From: a virus
Taxonomy: Duplodnaviria > Caudoviricetes
IMG/VR virus record: IMGVR_UViG_3300048073_000003
Span: 1 to 28,449 of that record
DNA: 28,449 bases
Strand: one strand, 5' to 3'
Below are positions 7,362-16,539 of this stretch, piece after piece. Position 1 is the first letter of the stretch. Each line of letters starts with the position of its first letter. The translations under genes and the position numbers were made by a program. The notes under the pieces are model-generated. The model was not told the DNA's origin, did no database searches, and was given only the letters and a program-made list of their open reading frames with translations.

Positions 7362-8911
7362 ACGTACTGCCGGTCACGCTCGTGTCGCCTGGGCGCCGCG
7401 GGCTGAATAAGGAACGATCGAACGATCTGCTTAGCCCGGAATGGGCTACAGACGCGCTCAACTGCGTACTATCGCGCGAAGGGCGCATCGCTGCGCGCAA
7501 AGGCTGGCTGAGCCAGACCACTGGCGCAATTGCCAGCACTCCCAGCATCAAGGTGTTGTTCGAGTACCTGCAGGCCGATGGTACGGCGACGATCATCACG
7601 GCAGCGAACAACAAGATCTACAAGAACATCTCCGACTACACGGTCGGAGGCAACAACATCACCGCCGCTACGCCGCCCACTGCCGATGACTGGCAGTTCG
7701 TCAATTTCAACGGCAAGGTGATTGGCGTACAGACCGGGCACACGATGATCAAGTGGTCCGGCTCTGGCTCGTTCACGCTGAACAGCGCGGCCAGCGGCTC
7801 TCTGCCCGCAGGCAACGCCGCTTGCGCTGCATTCGGCCGCTTATGGGTCATCGACTCCGACACGCAGACCGTCAAGTACAGCGCGCTGCTCGATGAGACG
7901 AAGTGGGCGACTGCGGACGGTGGCGGCAGTATCGACCTTCGCAACGTGTGGACGAAGGGCATGGACCAGGCGATTGCCGTCGCTGCGTTCGGCGCCAACC
8001 TGATCGTGTTCGGCCGCAACCACGTCATCATCTATGCGGACGGCTCAGGCTCCACGCTTGGTATCGACCCGCTACAGATGTACGTCGTCGATACGATCGA
8101 AGGCACCGGCTGCGTGGCGCGCGACAGCGTGCAGCCGATCGGTGAAGGCGACCTAGCCTTCCTCAGCCGACACGGCATTCAGCTGCTGGGTCGCACGATC
8201 ACGGAGAAGTCCAACCCGACTGCCTCTGTGTCGAAGAATATACGGTCCTACTTGCAGAGCTTGATGAGCTTGCAGTCGATGACCGGCGTGCGGTCGATCT
8301 ATAGCCCGGAGCAAGGCTTCTACGCGCTGCTGCTGCCGACTGCTCGAGCCGTCGTCGTAGCCGACACGCGATTCGGCTTCCAAGACGACGATAACTCGTA
8401 CGTGCTGCCCATGCTCGCCTGGACGTATCGCACCATGCCTACAGCCATGTGCGTGCGCGAGAATGGCAACATCTTGCTCGGCTTCGCCGGCAAGGTCGGG
8501 CTCTACTCGGGCAACCTCGACAACACCGACAGCTACTCGCTGACCTTCTCGTCGCCGTGGCTGCAGATGGACCCGCGAGTATCGGACTCGCTGAAGATCC
8601 TGAAAGAGCTGCCGACGATCGTACAGCTGAGCGCCACATCCTCAGTCACGTGGGTGTGGGAATTCGACTTCAACGGGCATGTGTTCACCAACACAGCCAC
8701 GTACACGCTGTCAGGGGTTGCATCGGAATTCAACATCTCCGAGTACAACATCGCCGAATTCAGCGGCGGGCTGACGCTGCAGTCGCGCAGCATTGACGGT
8801 CAAGGTGAAGGGCAGTTCATCCGCGTCGGTCTCACGACGCAGATCAACTCAATGGATTTCGTGCTGCAGCAAATCAAGATGCTGTTCAAGATAGGACGTA
8901 TGGCCGCGTGA
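7358..8911 (+). CDS. Tail nozzle / tail tubular protein B-like (beta-propeller-type)
   Basis: 517 aa, beta-rich, FGRLWV, GTGCVARDSV, LAFLSRHGI; GTGA-coupled to both neighbours. Confidence 0.78.
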   Translation: MNVLPVTLVSPGRRGLNKERSNDLLSPEWATDALNCVLSREGRIAARKGWLSQTTGAIASTPSIKVLFEYLQADGTATIITAANNKIYKNISDYTVGGNNITAATPPTADDWQFVNFNGKVIGVQTGHTMIKWSGSGSFTLNSAASGSLPAGNAACAAFGRLWVIDSDTQTVKYSALLDETKWATADGGGSIDLRNVWTKGMDQAIAVAAFGANLIVFGRNHVIIYADGSGSTLGIDPLQMYVVDTIEGTGCVARDSVQPIGEGDLAFLSRHGIQLLGRTITEKSNPTASVSKNIRSYLQSLMSLQSMTGVRSIYSPEQGFYALLLPTARAVVVADTRFGFQDDDNSYVLPMLAWTYRTMPTAMCVRENGNILLGFAGKVGLYSGNLDNTDSYSLTFSSPWLQMDPRVSDSLKILKELPTIVQLSATSSVTWVWEFDFNGHVFTNTATYTLSGVASEFNISEYNIAEFSGGLTLQSRSIDGQGEGQFIRVGLTTQINSMDFVLQQIKMLFKIGRMAA

Positions 8912-10155
8912 GCAATTACACTCAATCTGTCAGCTTCACGACCAAGGACGGTCTGTCGTCTGGCGATCCAGCCAAGCTGATCAAGGGCGCCGACTTCGAC
9001 ACGGAGTTTGGCGCCATCGCCACTGCTGTTGCGACGAAGCTCGATAGCTCTGGGCTCAGCAGCAACGCCGGTATGCTTGGCGACATCCAAGCGCTCGCGG
9101 ACCCGAACGCCGACCGTATTCTGTTCTGGGACGACAGCGCAGACGCGGTAGCGCTGCTCGCGCCTGACGGCACGACTATCGCCATATCGGGTACGACGAT
9201 AGCTACCGGCTCGAACGTGCCGTTACTGAATGCGGCGAACACGTTCACGCAGTCGGGCGCCAATCTCCAGATAATTCAGACCACGAGTGCTGTCCCGGCT
9301 TATCTAGGGCTCACGACTAACTCCGTGGCTCGCGGATATTTCTTTGCTCCCGGAGCTGCGAATGACGTGGTCGCTAACTCGGCGGTAGGGGACATTGGCC
9401 TACGCGCCCAAAGCGGGTCGATTATCTTTTCTCACGATGGCGGCACTACGCTTCATCACAAGTTCACGTCGAGCAACAGCACGACAACATTTAACGGTGT
9501 TGCCGTATCGGACTTCGCGCGGCTGTCACAGAGCAACACGTTCACTGGTGCAACACAAACAGTCACGGCATCAACTGCACGACTCGTGTTGAACGATACA
9601 GGCTCAGCGAATGCTGCCGTCGCGTTTAACGCATCAGGTACTAACAAAGGGTTCGTCGGTGTAGCAAACACAACGAGTTCAGGCATGGCTGGCGCAGCAG
9701 CTGGCGACATGTTCGTCCGTGCAGAGAGCGGAGCCATTTGGTTTTCGTGCGACGGCGGCTCCACGGGGCATCTAAAAATCACAACAACAGGAATCACGAC
9801 ACCGAACACCAGCGCAAGTGAAGTTGGCTTCAAGGGCGTGCCAGCAAATCTCCAATCGGGTAACTACACGCTCGTGCTGACGGATGCAGGCAAGGGACCA
9901 CGCTACACCGGCACAGGCGGACACACGTTCACAATTCCGGCCAACGCATCAGTGGCGTTCCCAGATCAGACGGTCATTGTGATTACGAATGGGGGCTCTG
10001 GTAGCGTATCAATTGCGATCACGACGGACACTCTGTATCTGGCCGGTACAGGATACGCTACGACCGGCACGCGCACACTTGCAGCAGGCGGCATGGCCAC
10101 GCTTATTAAAATCGGAACAGCAGCGTGGTTCATTAGCGGTCCTGGGCTGAGCTAA
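8908..10155 (+). CDS. Tail fibre / receptor-binding protein
   Basis: N-terminal anchor KDGL..GDP.K.IKGADFDTEF.AIATAVATK; G/S/T/A-rich body; internal repeat; C-terminal YTLVLTDAGK...TIPANASVAFP module. Confidence 0.85.
   Translation: MSNYTQSVSFTTKDGLSSGDPAKLIKGADFDTEFGAIATAVATKLDSSGLSSNAGMLGDIQALADPNADRILFWDDSADAVALLAPDGTTIAISGTTIATGSNVPLLNAANTFTQSGANLQIIQTTSAVPAYLGLTTNSVARGYFFAPGAANDVVANSAVGDIGLRAQSGSIIFSHDGGTTLHHKFTSSNSTTTFNGVAVSDFARLSQSNTFTGATQTVTASTARLVLNDTGSANAAVAFNASGTNKGFVGVANTTSSGMAGAAAGDMFVRAESGAIWFSCDGGSTGHLKITTTGITTPNTSASEVGFKGVPANLQSGNYTLVLTDAGKGPRYTGTGGHTFTIPANASVAFPDQTVIVITNGGSGSVSIAITTDTLYLAGTGYATTGTRTLAAGGMATLIKIGTAAWFISGPGLS
9217..9786 (+). repeat. Two diverged copies of a roughly 100-aa module in the tail fibre
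   Basis: LNAANTFT vs LSQSNTFT (units start 9217 and 9514); GDIGLRAQSGSIIFSHDGGTTLHHKFT vs GDMFVRAESGAIWFSCDGGSTGHLKIT. Confidence 0.8.
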
Positions 10156-10157
10156 CC

Positions 10158-10547
10158 ATGAGCGGGGCACTAGCAGCAATGCTAAGTGGGGGCGGCGCTC
10201 CTGGCGTCATCACCAGCTCCCTGCCTGCTGGGTCGAATACTGGCTCATGTGATTACCAGTTCGACAACAACGGCAACGGTCATACAGGCGACGGCGCGGG
10301 TGGGTCGCTTTCGCTCACATGGGTTAACCCGCAGACCACTACGGTTGCAGCGTTCTACGAGGTAAAGGTCGACGTCACTGCTGGGTCGTTTACGAGCGGT
10401 ACGACTGGTTCTTACCTCGACATGGCAACCACCCGCGGATGGACTAAGACCGTACCAGGCACCGTCACCTTCAACGTTACATTCAGAGAAAAGGCCACAG
10501 GGATTGTACGCCGCGTTATTACTGGCGTGTCTATCACTGTCAGCTAG
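10158..10547 (+). CDS. Tail-fibre-associated beta-rich protein (tip subunit or chaperone)
   Basis: Directly follows the fibre gene; T/G/V-rich with alternating beta pattern. Confidence 0.6.
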   Translation: MSGALAAMLSGGGAPGVITSSLPAGSNTGSCDYQFDNNGNGHTGDGAGGSLSLTWVNPQTTTVAAFYEVKVDVTAGSFTSGTTGSYLDMATTRGWTKTVPGTVTFNVTFREKATGIVRRVITGVSITVS

Positions 10548-10566
10548 TACCGTACTGTACGCACAG

Positions 10567-10914
10567 ATGGCCGACCCACTAGACCTAGCCGCGCGAGACG
10601 CGCTTAAGACTCTGCAGGATCATCCGAAGGAACACATCGGCGCCATCTACGACAAGGACGGCAATCTTGGGCGTACGTCCACAGCTGACGGCTCCGACTC
10701 GCACGTCAAGGGCAAGCTGCAGTTCGACGGACAGCTGAAAGCTCTGTTTCACAATCATCCGTCACGTGGTCGCAATGATCGCGACGGCAACGAATTCTCT
10801 GACGACGACAAAGCTCAAGCACGCCGACTCGGCGTGCCTAGCTACATCATCACGCCATCCGGCCTCATCCGTGTGTTCGATCCGATCTCGAACACTACGC
10901 GCGACGTAGAATAA
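10567..10914 (+). CDS. JAB/MPN-like (DUF4329-like) metalloenzyme
   Basis: E(HIGAIY)...FHNHP-x12-SDDD...LGVPSYIITPSG matches the E..HxH..SxxD pattern. Start re-placed to ATG 10567 to avoid overlap with the upstream gene. Confidence 0.7.
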   Translation: MADPLDLAARDALKTLQDHPKEHIGAIYDKDGNLGRTSTADGSDSHVKGKLQFDGQLKALFHNHPSRGRNDRDGNEFSDDDKAQARRLGVPSYIITPSGLIRVFDPISNTTRDVE

Positions 10915-10916
10915 GA

Positions 10917-12029
10917 ATGAGCGATATTTTCGGCAATCTGTTTGGCGGCGACGATATGTCGGCCGCACGCGATGCAGCTGCCAACATCCAGCTTCAGAAC
11001 TTTGACCTGAAGGGACCAGGCGGCATGTCGGTTGGCTTCACGCCGACTGGCGGTAACGTCGCTCTCGGTTCTCTCGATCCCATTCGCGCCATGCTGCTGC
11101 AGGCGGTCAGCGGTAACGTCGGCGGTGGTGTGCCTGGTCTGGCTGGGCTCACTGGCGCTGCCGGTGATGCCATGTCCGCACTCAGCGGTAGTGGTGTTGA
11201 TCCGCGCTTCATGCAGCTGCTGGCCGGCCTGACTGCGCGTCAGGTGGGTAGCGGCGGCATGCCGTCACTCGGTCCTACCGGAGTATCGCCCGATCTCATC
11301 GCACAGCTGACTGGAGCAGCCGGCTCCAAGCTCGCCACTGCGAGCATGAGCCCGGATGCTGCTGCAGCCGATCGGCTAGGCGTACTGCGCGCACAGGCGC
11401 AGCCGTACGAGCAGGATTTCATCAACAAGCAGCTGGGGGACGTGTTCGCACGTGGCCGCTTCGGCAGCAACGACAGCGTATCTGGCAACGTATCCGACAG
11501 CATTGCTCGAGCGCTGACTAGCGCTGATCAAGCACGCCAAGCACAAGCGATGGACTACGGCCGGCAGATGACCGGCGATGCTGCACAGCAAGGACTGGCG
11601 TTGTCGGCTGGCGCTAGTGGACTGCTCGGTGATCAATTCACACGAGCACTGCAACAGTTTACGGCCGGGCAATCTGGACAGAACGACGAGCTAACGCGAA
11701 TCCTGCAAGGCATAGGCGGCATGAGCTCGCTGGGCACCAGCAATTCGCAGAACGCACTCAATCGCTTTGGTGTCGCACAGAACCTGTTCAACTCGACGAA
11801 CACAGGCAGCAACGACGCGCTTACCCGCGCGCTCGGCGCTCTAGGTGGCGTCGGTACAATCGACCAGTCTGGCATGCAGCAATTCATGGCGGCACTGCAG
11901 GCGGCTACAGCGCGCAGCAACGCGGCGTCGGGCGCAAGCAACGCGTACATGACGCTCGCCAACAACAGCCTGGGTCAGAAGTACATGGACATGGCGTCGA
12001 GCATGGTCAACGCCATCATGCCGGGATAA
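10917..12029 (+). CDS. Ejection (internal virion) protein 1
   Basis: G/A/S/Q-rich low-complexity helical protein without Cys; first of three genes between tail and lysis. Confidence 0.7.
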   Translation: MSDIFGNLFGGDDMSAARDAAANIQLQNFDLKGPGGMSVGFTPTGGNVALGSLDPIRAMLLQAVSGNVGGGVPGLAGLTGAAGDAMSALSGSGVDPRFMQLLAGLTARQVGSGGMPSLGPTGVSPDLIAQLTGAAGSKLATASMSPDAAAADRLGVLRAQAQPYEQDFINKQLGDVFARGRFGSNDSVSGNVSDSIARALTSADQARQAQAMDYGRQMTGDAAQQGLALSAGASGLLGDQFTRALQQFTAGQSGQNDELTRILQGIGGMSSLGTSNSQNALNRFGVAQNLFNSTNTGSNDALTRALGALGGVGTIDQSGMQQFMAALQAATARSNAASGASNAYMTLANNSLGQKYMDMASSMVNAIMPG

Positions 12030-12032
12030 GAC

Positions 12033-13271
12033 ATGGCAGAGTTTCCCAACATCTTTGAAGGGCTGAAGTTCGAGTCTCCGTTGGAAGCGCAGGAACGGCT
12101 GCGCTTGGAGCGCTCTAAGGAGCTAGCCGCGCAGCCGAACTCCTACGCGCGCGGCGGCTACGGCATCGGCATAGTACTCAAAGCTCTTGGCAATCGGTAT
12201 CGAACCGGCGATCAAAGCGGCGGCTTCTTCCACCGACTTGCTACCGGAGATCCATCGAGCCCTGACGTCGCGCAAGCGAAGCAGACTGAGAGCATCTTGA
12301 GCCAGGTCGCCAAGGACACGGACGAAGCCGTGACCAACGGCATGGACCCGGAGCAGGCACGCGTGGCTGCTATGCAGCGCGCGGCTACCGCGTTCGCTGC
12401 TGCGGGCCGCGGTACGCTCGCCTCGCAGCTGCAGGCGCAGGCCATGGCGCTGAAGTCGCAAGGCGTAGCCAAGCAGGCCGAGCTAGACAAGCTGCGCGCT
12501 GAGACGCGCGAGGCGAATGCGAAGGCCGATGCGGCTGAAGGCAAGGTGCCTACCATTCAAGATCCGGTTATCCGTCTGCAGAACGAGCGGGATAGCCTAA
12601 CGTCGCAGCTGCAGAAGCTGGACCCTAACGGTCCTGCCTTCCGCACGGTCAGCCTGCGCATGGACGAGATCAACAAGAAGATCCAGAAAGAGATCACGAT
12701 TGTTGGCCGCACTCCGCAGGACGTCGACCCTACCAAGTCGACGCTGACCAAGGTGCAGGAAACGGTGCTCAACAACCGCGACCAGCTGGATCAGATCCAC
12801 AACTTCATAAACACGTTCAATCCGGACTACTACACGTTCGGGGGCCGCATCAAGGGCGGCATCCTTCGCGTGAAGGATTGGATCGACGACAAGTCGTTGA
12901 CGCCGGATGAGAAGCGCGAGCTCGTTGACCGCACGCAGAACGTGCAGTCCGGCGCGCAGTTGCTGAACGCGTACATTCACGCGATCACTGGTGCGCAAGT
13001 CGGTCAGGCTGGCGAGCAGCAGAGGCTGCAGAAAGCCATCATCGACGTGGAGCACGACTCTCCCACCGTGCAAGAGCAGAAGGCCAAGCAGGCTGAATGG
13101 ATGATCGACGCGTGGAACACGCGAGCACAGGCAGCGATGGCTGCCGGTGAAGGACAGAACAGCATGCGTATCTTGGATACGCCTCTCGAGCAGTGGCGTA
13201 AGCAGCCGTCTGCTGACCAGGCTGATCAGACGCGCGAAGCTGCGCGTCGACTGCTGGGGCTGAGCCAGTAA
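12033..13271 (+). CDS. Ejection (internal virion) protein 2
   Basis: A/Q-rich coiled coil, no Cys, YIHAITGAQ motif; position. Confidence 0.7.
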   Translation: MAEFPNIFEGLKFESPLEAQERLRLERSKELAAQPNSYARGGYGIGIVLKALGNRYRTGDQSGGFFHRLATGDPSSPDVAQAKQTESILSQVAKDTDEAVTNGMDPEQARVAAMQRAATAFAAAGRGTLASQLQAQAMALKSQGVAKQAELDKLRAETREANAKADAAEGKVPTIQDPVIRLQNERDSLTSQLQKLDPNGPAFRTVSLRMDEINKKIQKEITIVGRTPQDVDPTKSTLTKVQETVLNNRDQLDQIHNFINTFNPDYYTFGGRIKGGILRVKDWIDDKSLTPDEKRELVDRTQNVQSGAQLLNAYIHAITGAQVGQAGEQQRLQKAIIDVEHDSPTVQEQKAKQAEWMIDAWNTRAQAAMAAGEGQNSMRILDTPLEQWRKQPSADQADQTREAARRLLGLSQ

Positions 13272-13272
13272 C

Positions 13273-14934
13273 ATGCCGATCGGTAGTAAGGCCGACTACG
13301 ACTTGGTTAAGTCGGAGCTCGCAGCCGAGTACGCGAAGCCTGCCGACAAGCAGGACATCGGCTTCATGAACGAAGCGATCAAGCAGCTGCAAGGTGCACA
13401 GCAATTCGCTGTAGCACAGTCACCGGCTGCCCCTGCACTGCCGCTAGGCGAGCAGATCAAGCGCACTGCGATCGGCGCTGGCGACGTCGCCTTGTCGTCC
13501 GTCAATCACCTGATCAACGACAACGCTGCACGCGTTGCCGGTGTGGGCGGTCTGCTCACAGGTCAGGACTACGACACCGCCAAGAACATGTACGCGATGG
13601 ATCACCCTGCGTACGACCCGACTACTGAGGAAGGTCAAGCACTGGCTGCCGGGCTGCAGAAAGGTGCTGCTGACTTCGGTCTGCCGCAGGTGATGCAGCT
13701 CACCAAGAAGGCGTCTGAGGCGGTGCTAGGTAAGACCGGCACGGATCTCGCGACCGGCGCGCTCGAGCTCGCGACCATGAAGACGCCTGGCAAGTCGGTG
13801 CCGACTCTGCCCGGCGAGCTCGCGCTGGCGAAGGCTCGCGCTGACAAGTTCATCATCCCGCCTGCTACACCGCTTGGTGGAGGCAAGTACGCCGGCACGA
13901 CTGTCGATCGTGCGGCGGCTGGTATGGCCGGTACTGCCGACATCGAGAACGCTATCTCGATGAAGAACGAGCAGCGAGCCAGTCAGCTGGCTGCCAAGGA
14001 CGCACAGCTGCCGGAAGGCACGGTTACACCAGGTGGTGTAGCTCGAGCCACGGACGGTTACAACGCTGCGTATGACGCCATCAAGGCGTTCGACGTGCCG
14101 GTGCAGCTGCCGCTACCGCAGTACCAACCGATCCTCGATCGCATCAAGAAGCTGGCCGACAACACCAACCCGCTTCGCGGTGCACCAGATCCTGAGATCC
14201 TGGCGCTACAGCAGCGGCTGCTGAAGGCCAACGGCGCGACCGTGCCGGACTTCATTGACATGATCCGCGAGCTGCGCAGCGATAGCTTCGCCAACGCACA
14301 GGCCGCTACCACAGCAGGCGGCGCCAAGATGCGCTCGCTGGCGAAAGCGCAGCGACAAGCCGCGGACATTCTCGACGACTCGCTGGACGCATTCCTGCAC
14401 GACACAGCGACGAGCATGAAGCAGACGTCGCCTGCCGCGTCTGCCGTTGTAGGTAAGCTGTACAGCGACTACCGACAGGCCCGGCAAGGGCTGTCGACGC
14501 TGCACGTCATCCGCGATTCCATGAACCCACAGACCGGCGCTATTGACGCGTCGGAGATCGCGAAGGCCGGCGAGACTACAAAGCTCACACCTGGCTTGCA
14601 GTCGATCAAGGATGCCTATGATCTCAACCCCAAGGCGTTCCGCCCTGTGGAGCAAGCAGCGCGCACCGCTGGCTCTCCTATTAGCCGCGTTGACGTTATT
14701 TCTATGGGCTTCGGTGGTACGGCCGCAGCTGGTGGCTTTGCTAGCGGGCATCCTGGCTACGCTCTAGCCTCCTCGATCGCCGCTACGGCGCCGATGGCGC
14801 TGCGGCTACTGTCGCGAGCGTACGCGCTGCGAGGCAATGCAGCTCGCGCCGTACAGACCGGCGTAGGCATGGGTGCCCGTGGCGCAGCTCGAGCTCTGAC
14901 TCTCGAGCAGCAGCTAGAGGAGCAGCCGCAGTGA
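13273..14934 (+). CDS. Ejection (internal virion) protein 3
   Basis: 553 aa, Ala-rich, no Cys, hydrophobic G/A segments near the C-terminus as in DNA-transfer proteins. Confidence 0.7.
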   Translation: MPIGSKADYDLVKSELAAEYAKPADKQDIGFMNEAIKQLQGAQQFAVAQSPAAPALPLGEQIKRTAIGAGDVALSSVNHLINDNAARVAGVGGLLTGQDYDTAKNMYAMDHPAYDPTTEEGQALAAGLQKGAADFGLPQVMQLTKKASEAVLGKTGTDLATGALELATMKTPGKSVPTLPGELALAKARADKFIIPPATPLGGGKYAGTTVDRAAAGMAGTADIENAISMKNEQRASQLAAKDAQLPEGTVTPGGVARATDGYNAAYDAIKAFDVPVQLPLPQYQPILDRIKKLADNTNPLRGAPDPEILALQQRLLKANGATVPDFIDMIRELRSDSFANAQAATTAGGAKMRSLAKAQRQAADILDDSLDAFLHDTATSMKQTSPAASAVVGKLYSDYRQARQGLSTLHVIRDSMNPQTGAIDASEIAKAGETTKLTPGLQSIKDAYDLNPKAFRPVEQAARTAGSPISRVDVISMGFGGTAAAGGFASGHPGYALASSIAATAPMALRLLSRAYALRGNAARAVQTGVGMGARGAARALTLEQQLEEQPQ

Positions 14935-15125
14935 ACGACCATACCGCAGCCGTAGCCTCTGGCGTGACGGCTGCAGGAGCAGTGGCCCCGTGGCTATTGA
15001 CCATGAATGAGCTTCTTCAGATCGGCTCTGCCGCGGTGGCAATCGTGGCTGGTATCGCAACCGCGTGGTACTACATCGACCGTACCCTGGCAGCGCGGCG
15101 CGCCCGCGCCAAGCATGGCGAGTGA
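14931..15125 (+). CDS. Holin-like small membrane protein
   Basis: One or two hydrophobic segments plus a basic tail (RRARAK); immediately upstream of the endolysin; SD GAGGAG. Confidence 0.65.
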   Translation: MNDHTAAVASGVTAAGAVAPWLLTMNELLQIGSAAVAIVAGIATAWYYIDRTLAARRARAKHGE

Positions 15126-15603
15126 GTACGGGCTAGACCCTTGTCAGCTCCGACTGTACGTTGTTGAGCCAGCTTTGCAGCAGCTGGGGCTATATACCCC
15201 AGCCGCCTGCCAGCTAGTCGTCGGTACGGCGCTTACAGAGAGCCGTGCGCGGTATCTAGACCAGATAGATAAGGACAACAAGCCAGGCCCGGCCTACGGG
15301 CTTTGGCAGATGGAAGGGCCGACCCATGACGACATATGGGCTAGCTACCTGCACTACCAGCCGATGCTGGCTGGGGCGGTGCTACGGCTAGGCTCGAGCT
15401 CGGAGCAGAGCCTACAGACGAACCTGCTGTATGGGGCTGCGCTATGCCGCATCCACTACCTGCGTGTGGCTGAGCCACTGCCGGCAGCTGGGGATGCTGA
15501 GGCTATGGCTCGCTACTGGAAGGCACACTACAACACGCCGAAAGGCGCCGGCACCGCGGAACAGGCACTGCCTCACTTCCGTGTCGCTTGCCAGGATTGC
15601 TGA
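15115..15603 (+). CDS. Endolysin, lysozyme/transglycosylase-like fold
   Basis: GTALTES (candidate catalytic Glu), GPAYGLWQME, MARYWKAHYNT; position in the lysis cassette. Start re-placed to ATG 15115. Confidence 0.78.
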   Translation: MASEYGLDPCQLRLYVVEPALQQLGLYTPAACQLVVGTALTESRARYLDQIDKDNKPGPAYGLWQMEGPTHDDIWASYLHYQPMLAGAVLRLGSSSEQSLQTNLLYGAALCRIHYLRVAEPLPAAGDAEAMARYWKAHYNTPKGAGTAEQALPHFRVACQDC

Positions 15604-15866
15604 TGTTCAAGGGATTGATTGCTGCAGCGCTGATGGCGCTGTGCGTGCCGGTGCTGGCAGAGGATGCCAAGCCCGGTGTCAGTATCGAAGTGACGTACTG
15701 CGGTGTGCCGGTGGCTATAGAGTACGCCGATGCACAGGGCATCTACGGATGGACGCAGCGTCAGCCGGACTTCAATGAAGCGATTGCGCGACACCTGCGC
15801 TGGAAGGCTGCAGGACAGCCGACCGCGGAGCTTGAAGTAGGCCCTGTCGGCTGCAAGGGCGCCTAG
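15603..15866 (+). CDS. Small exported protein in the lysis cassette
   Basis: TGATG coupling to the endolysin; signal peptide MFKGLIAAALMALCVPVLA|ED; two Cys in the mature part. Confidence 0.7.
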   Translation: MFKGLIAAALMALCVPVLAEDAKPGVSIEVTYCGVPVAIEYADAQGIYGWTQRQPDFNEAIARHLRWKAAGQPTAELEVGPVGCKGA

Positions 15867-15867
15867 C

Positions 15868-16263
15868 GTGGGCATCTTCGCCAACATACTGTCTGCGGCT
15901 ACCGGCAACGCTGGTGGGCTGTTTGACTTCTTCAAGCGCAAGGCAGAGCTCAAGCAGGAGCTCGAGCTGACGAAGCTGAAGTCGGAGATAGATGCCGAAG
16001 CGAAGTGGGCGGAATGGCGTACACAGAACATCACCGCTGATGCGGCCTGGGAGTCGCAGTCGATCGCCAACAGCGGCTGGAAGGACGAGTACGTACTGGT
16101 GCTGCTCAGCATCCCGCTCATCCTGGTATTCATCCCTTGGACTGCGCAGTACGTGCTGCAGGGATTCCAGATCCTCGCGCAGACGCCGGACTGGTACCGT
16201 TGGCTGGTGGTGATGATCTTCGCAGCCGTCTACGGCATACGCGTCTGGCGTCGACAGATGTAA
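15868..16263 (+). CDS. GTA-type 3TM holin-like membrane protein
   Basis: N-terminal amphipathic segment, coiled coil, SGWKDEY, TM, PDWY, TM, YGIR pattern. Confidence 0.72.
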   Translation: MGIFANILSAATGNAGGLFDFFKRKAELKQELELTKLKSEIDAEAKWAEWRTQNITADAAWESQSIANSGWKDEYVLVLLSIPLILVFIPWTAQYVLQGFQILAQTPDWYRWLVVMIFAAVYGIRVWRRQM

Positions 16264-16294
16264 CACGAGTGCAAGGCTAACAGCAGCCACGAAC

Positions 16295-16320
16295 AGCCCG
16301 CCTTGTGCGGGCTTTTTGTT
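16295..16320 (+). terminator. Intrinsic terminator of the structural arm
   Basis: AGCCCGC-cttgt-GCGGGCT followed by TTTTGTT. Confidence 0.9.
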
Positions 16321-16324
16321 GCCC

Positions 16325-16349
16325 AAAGAAAAGGGCGCCGAAGCGCCCT
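16325..16349 (-). terminator. Intrinsic terminator of the replication arm
   Basis: Minus strand reads AGGGCGC-TTCG-GCGCCCT-TTTCTTT (C-UUCG-G tetraloop plus U-tract). Confidence 0.9.
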
Positions 16350-16377
16350 AATCTCCCCTCACTTGATTAACCGTCAG

Positions 16378-16539
16378 CTACTCCGGTATCGCCTCGTCTA
16401 CGTTGTCCTCGCTAAACCCAGCAGCGCGCAGCACAGGCTTGACCACTAGCTGTAGCAGCTCCGGCAGGAACAATGTCTCGTCCCCTCGTACCTCCACGGT
16501 GTACGTGCCGTCCTGGTTCTCCAGAGTGATCCTCGTCAT
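16378..16539 (-). CDS. Small hypothetical protein (53 aa)
   Basis: MTRITLENQDGTYTVEV...VLRAAGF; ATG 16539 preceded by a G-rich SD-like run. The start could be further upstream. Confidence 0.6.
   Translation of the reverse strand: MTRITLENQDGTYTVEVRGDETLFLPELLQLVVKPVLRAAGFSEDNVDEAIPE

Noticed and set aside
8908-10547. Diversity-generating retroelement or invertible cassette acting on the tail fibre
   Set aside because: No reverse transcriptase or invertase in the window; the repeat copies differ at all base types rather than only at adenines; no flanking inverted repeats seen.
10504-10566. Signal peptide on the JAB-like protein (track start MYAALLLACLSLS...)
   Set aside because: It needs a TTG start without SD overlapping the upstream gene by 44 nt; ATG 10567 is simpler. 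Not fully excluded.
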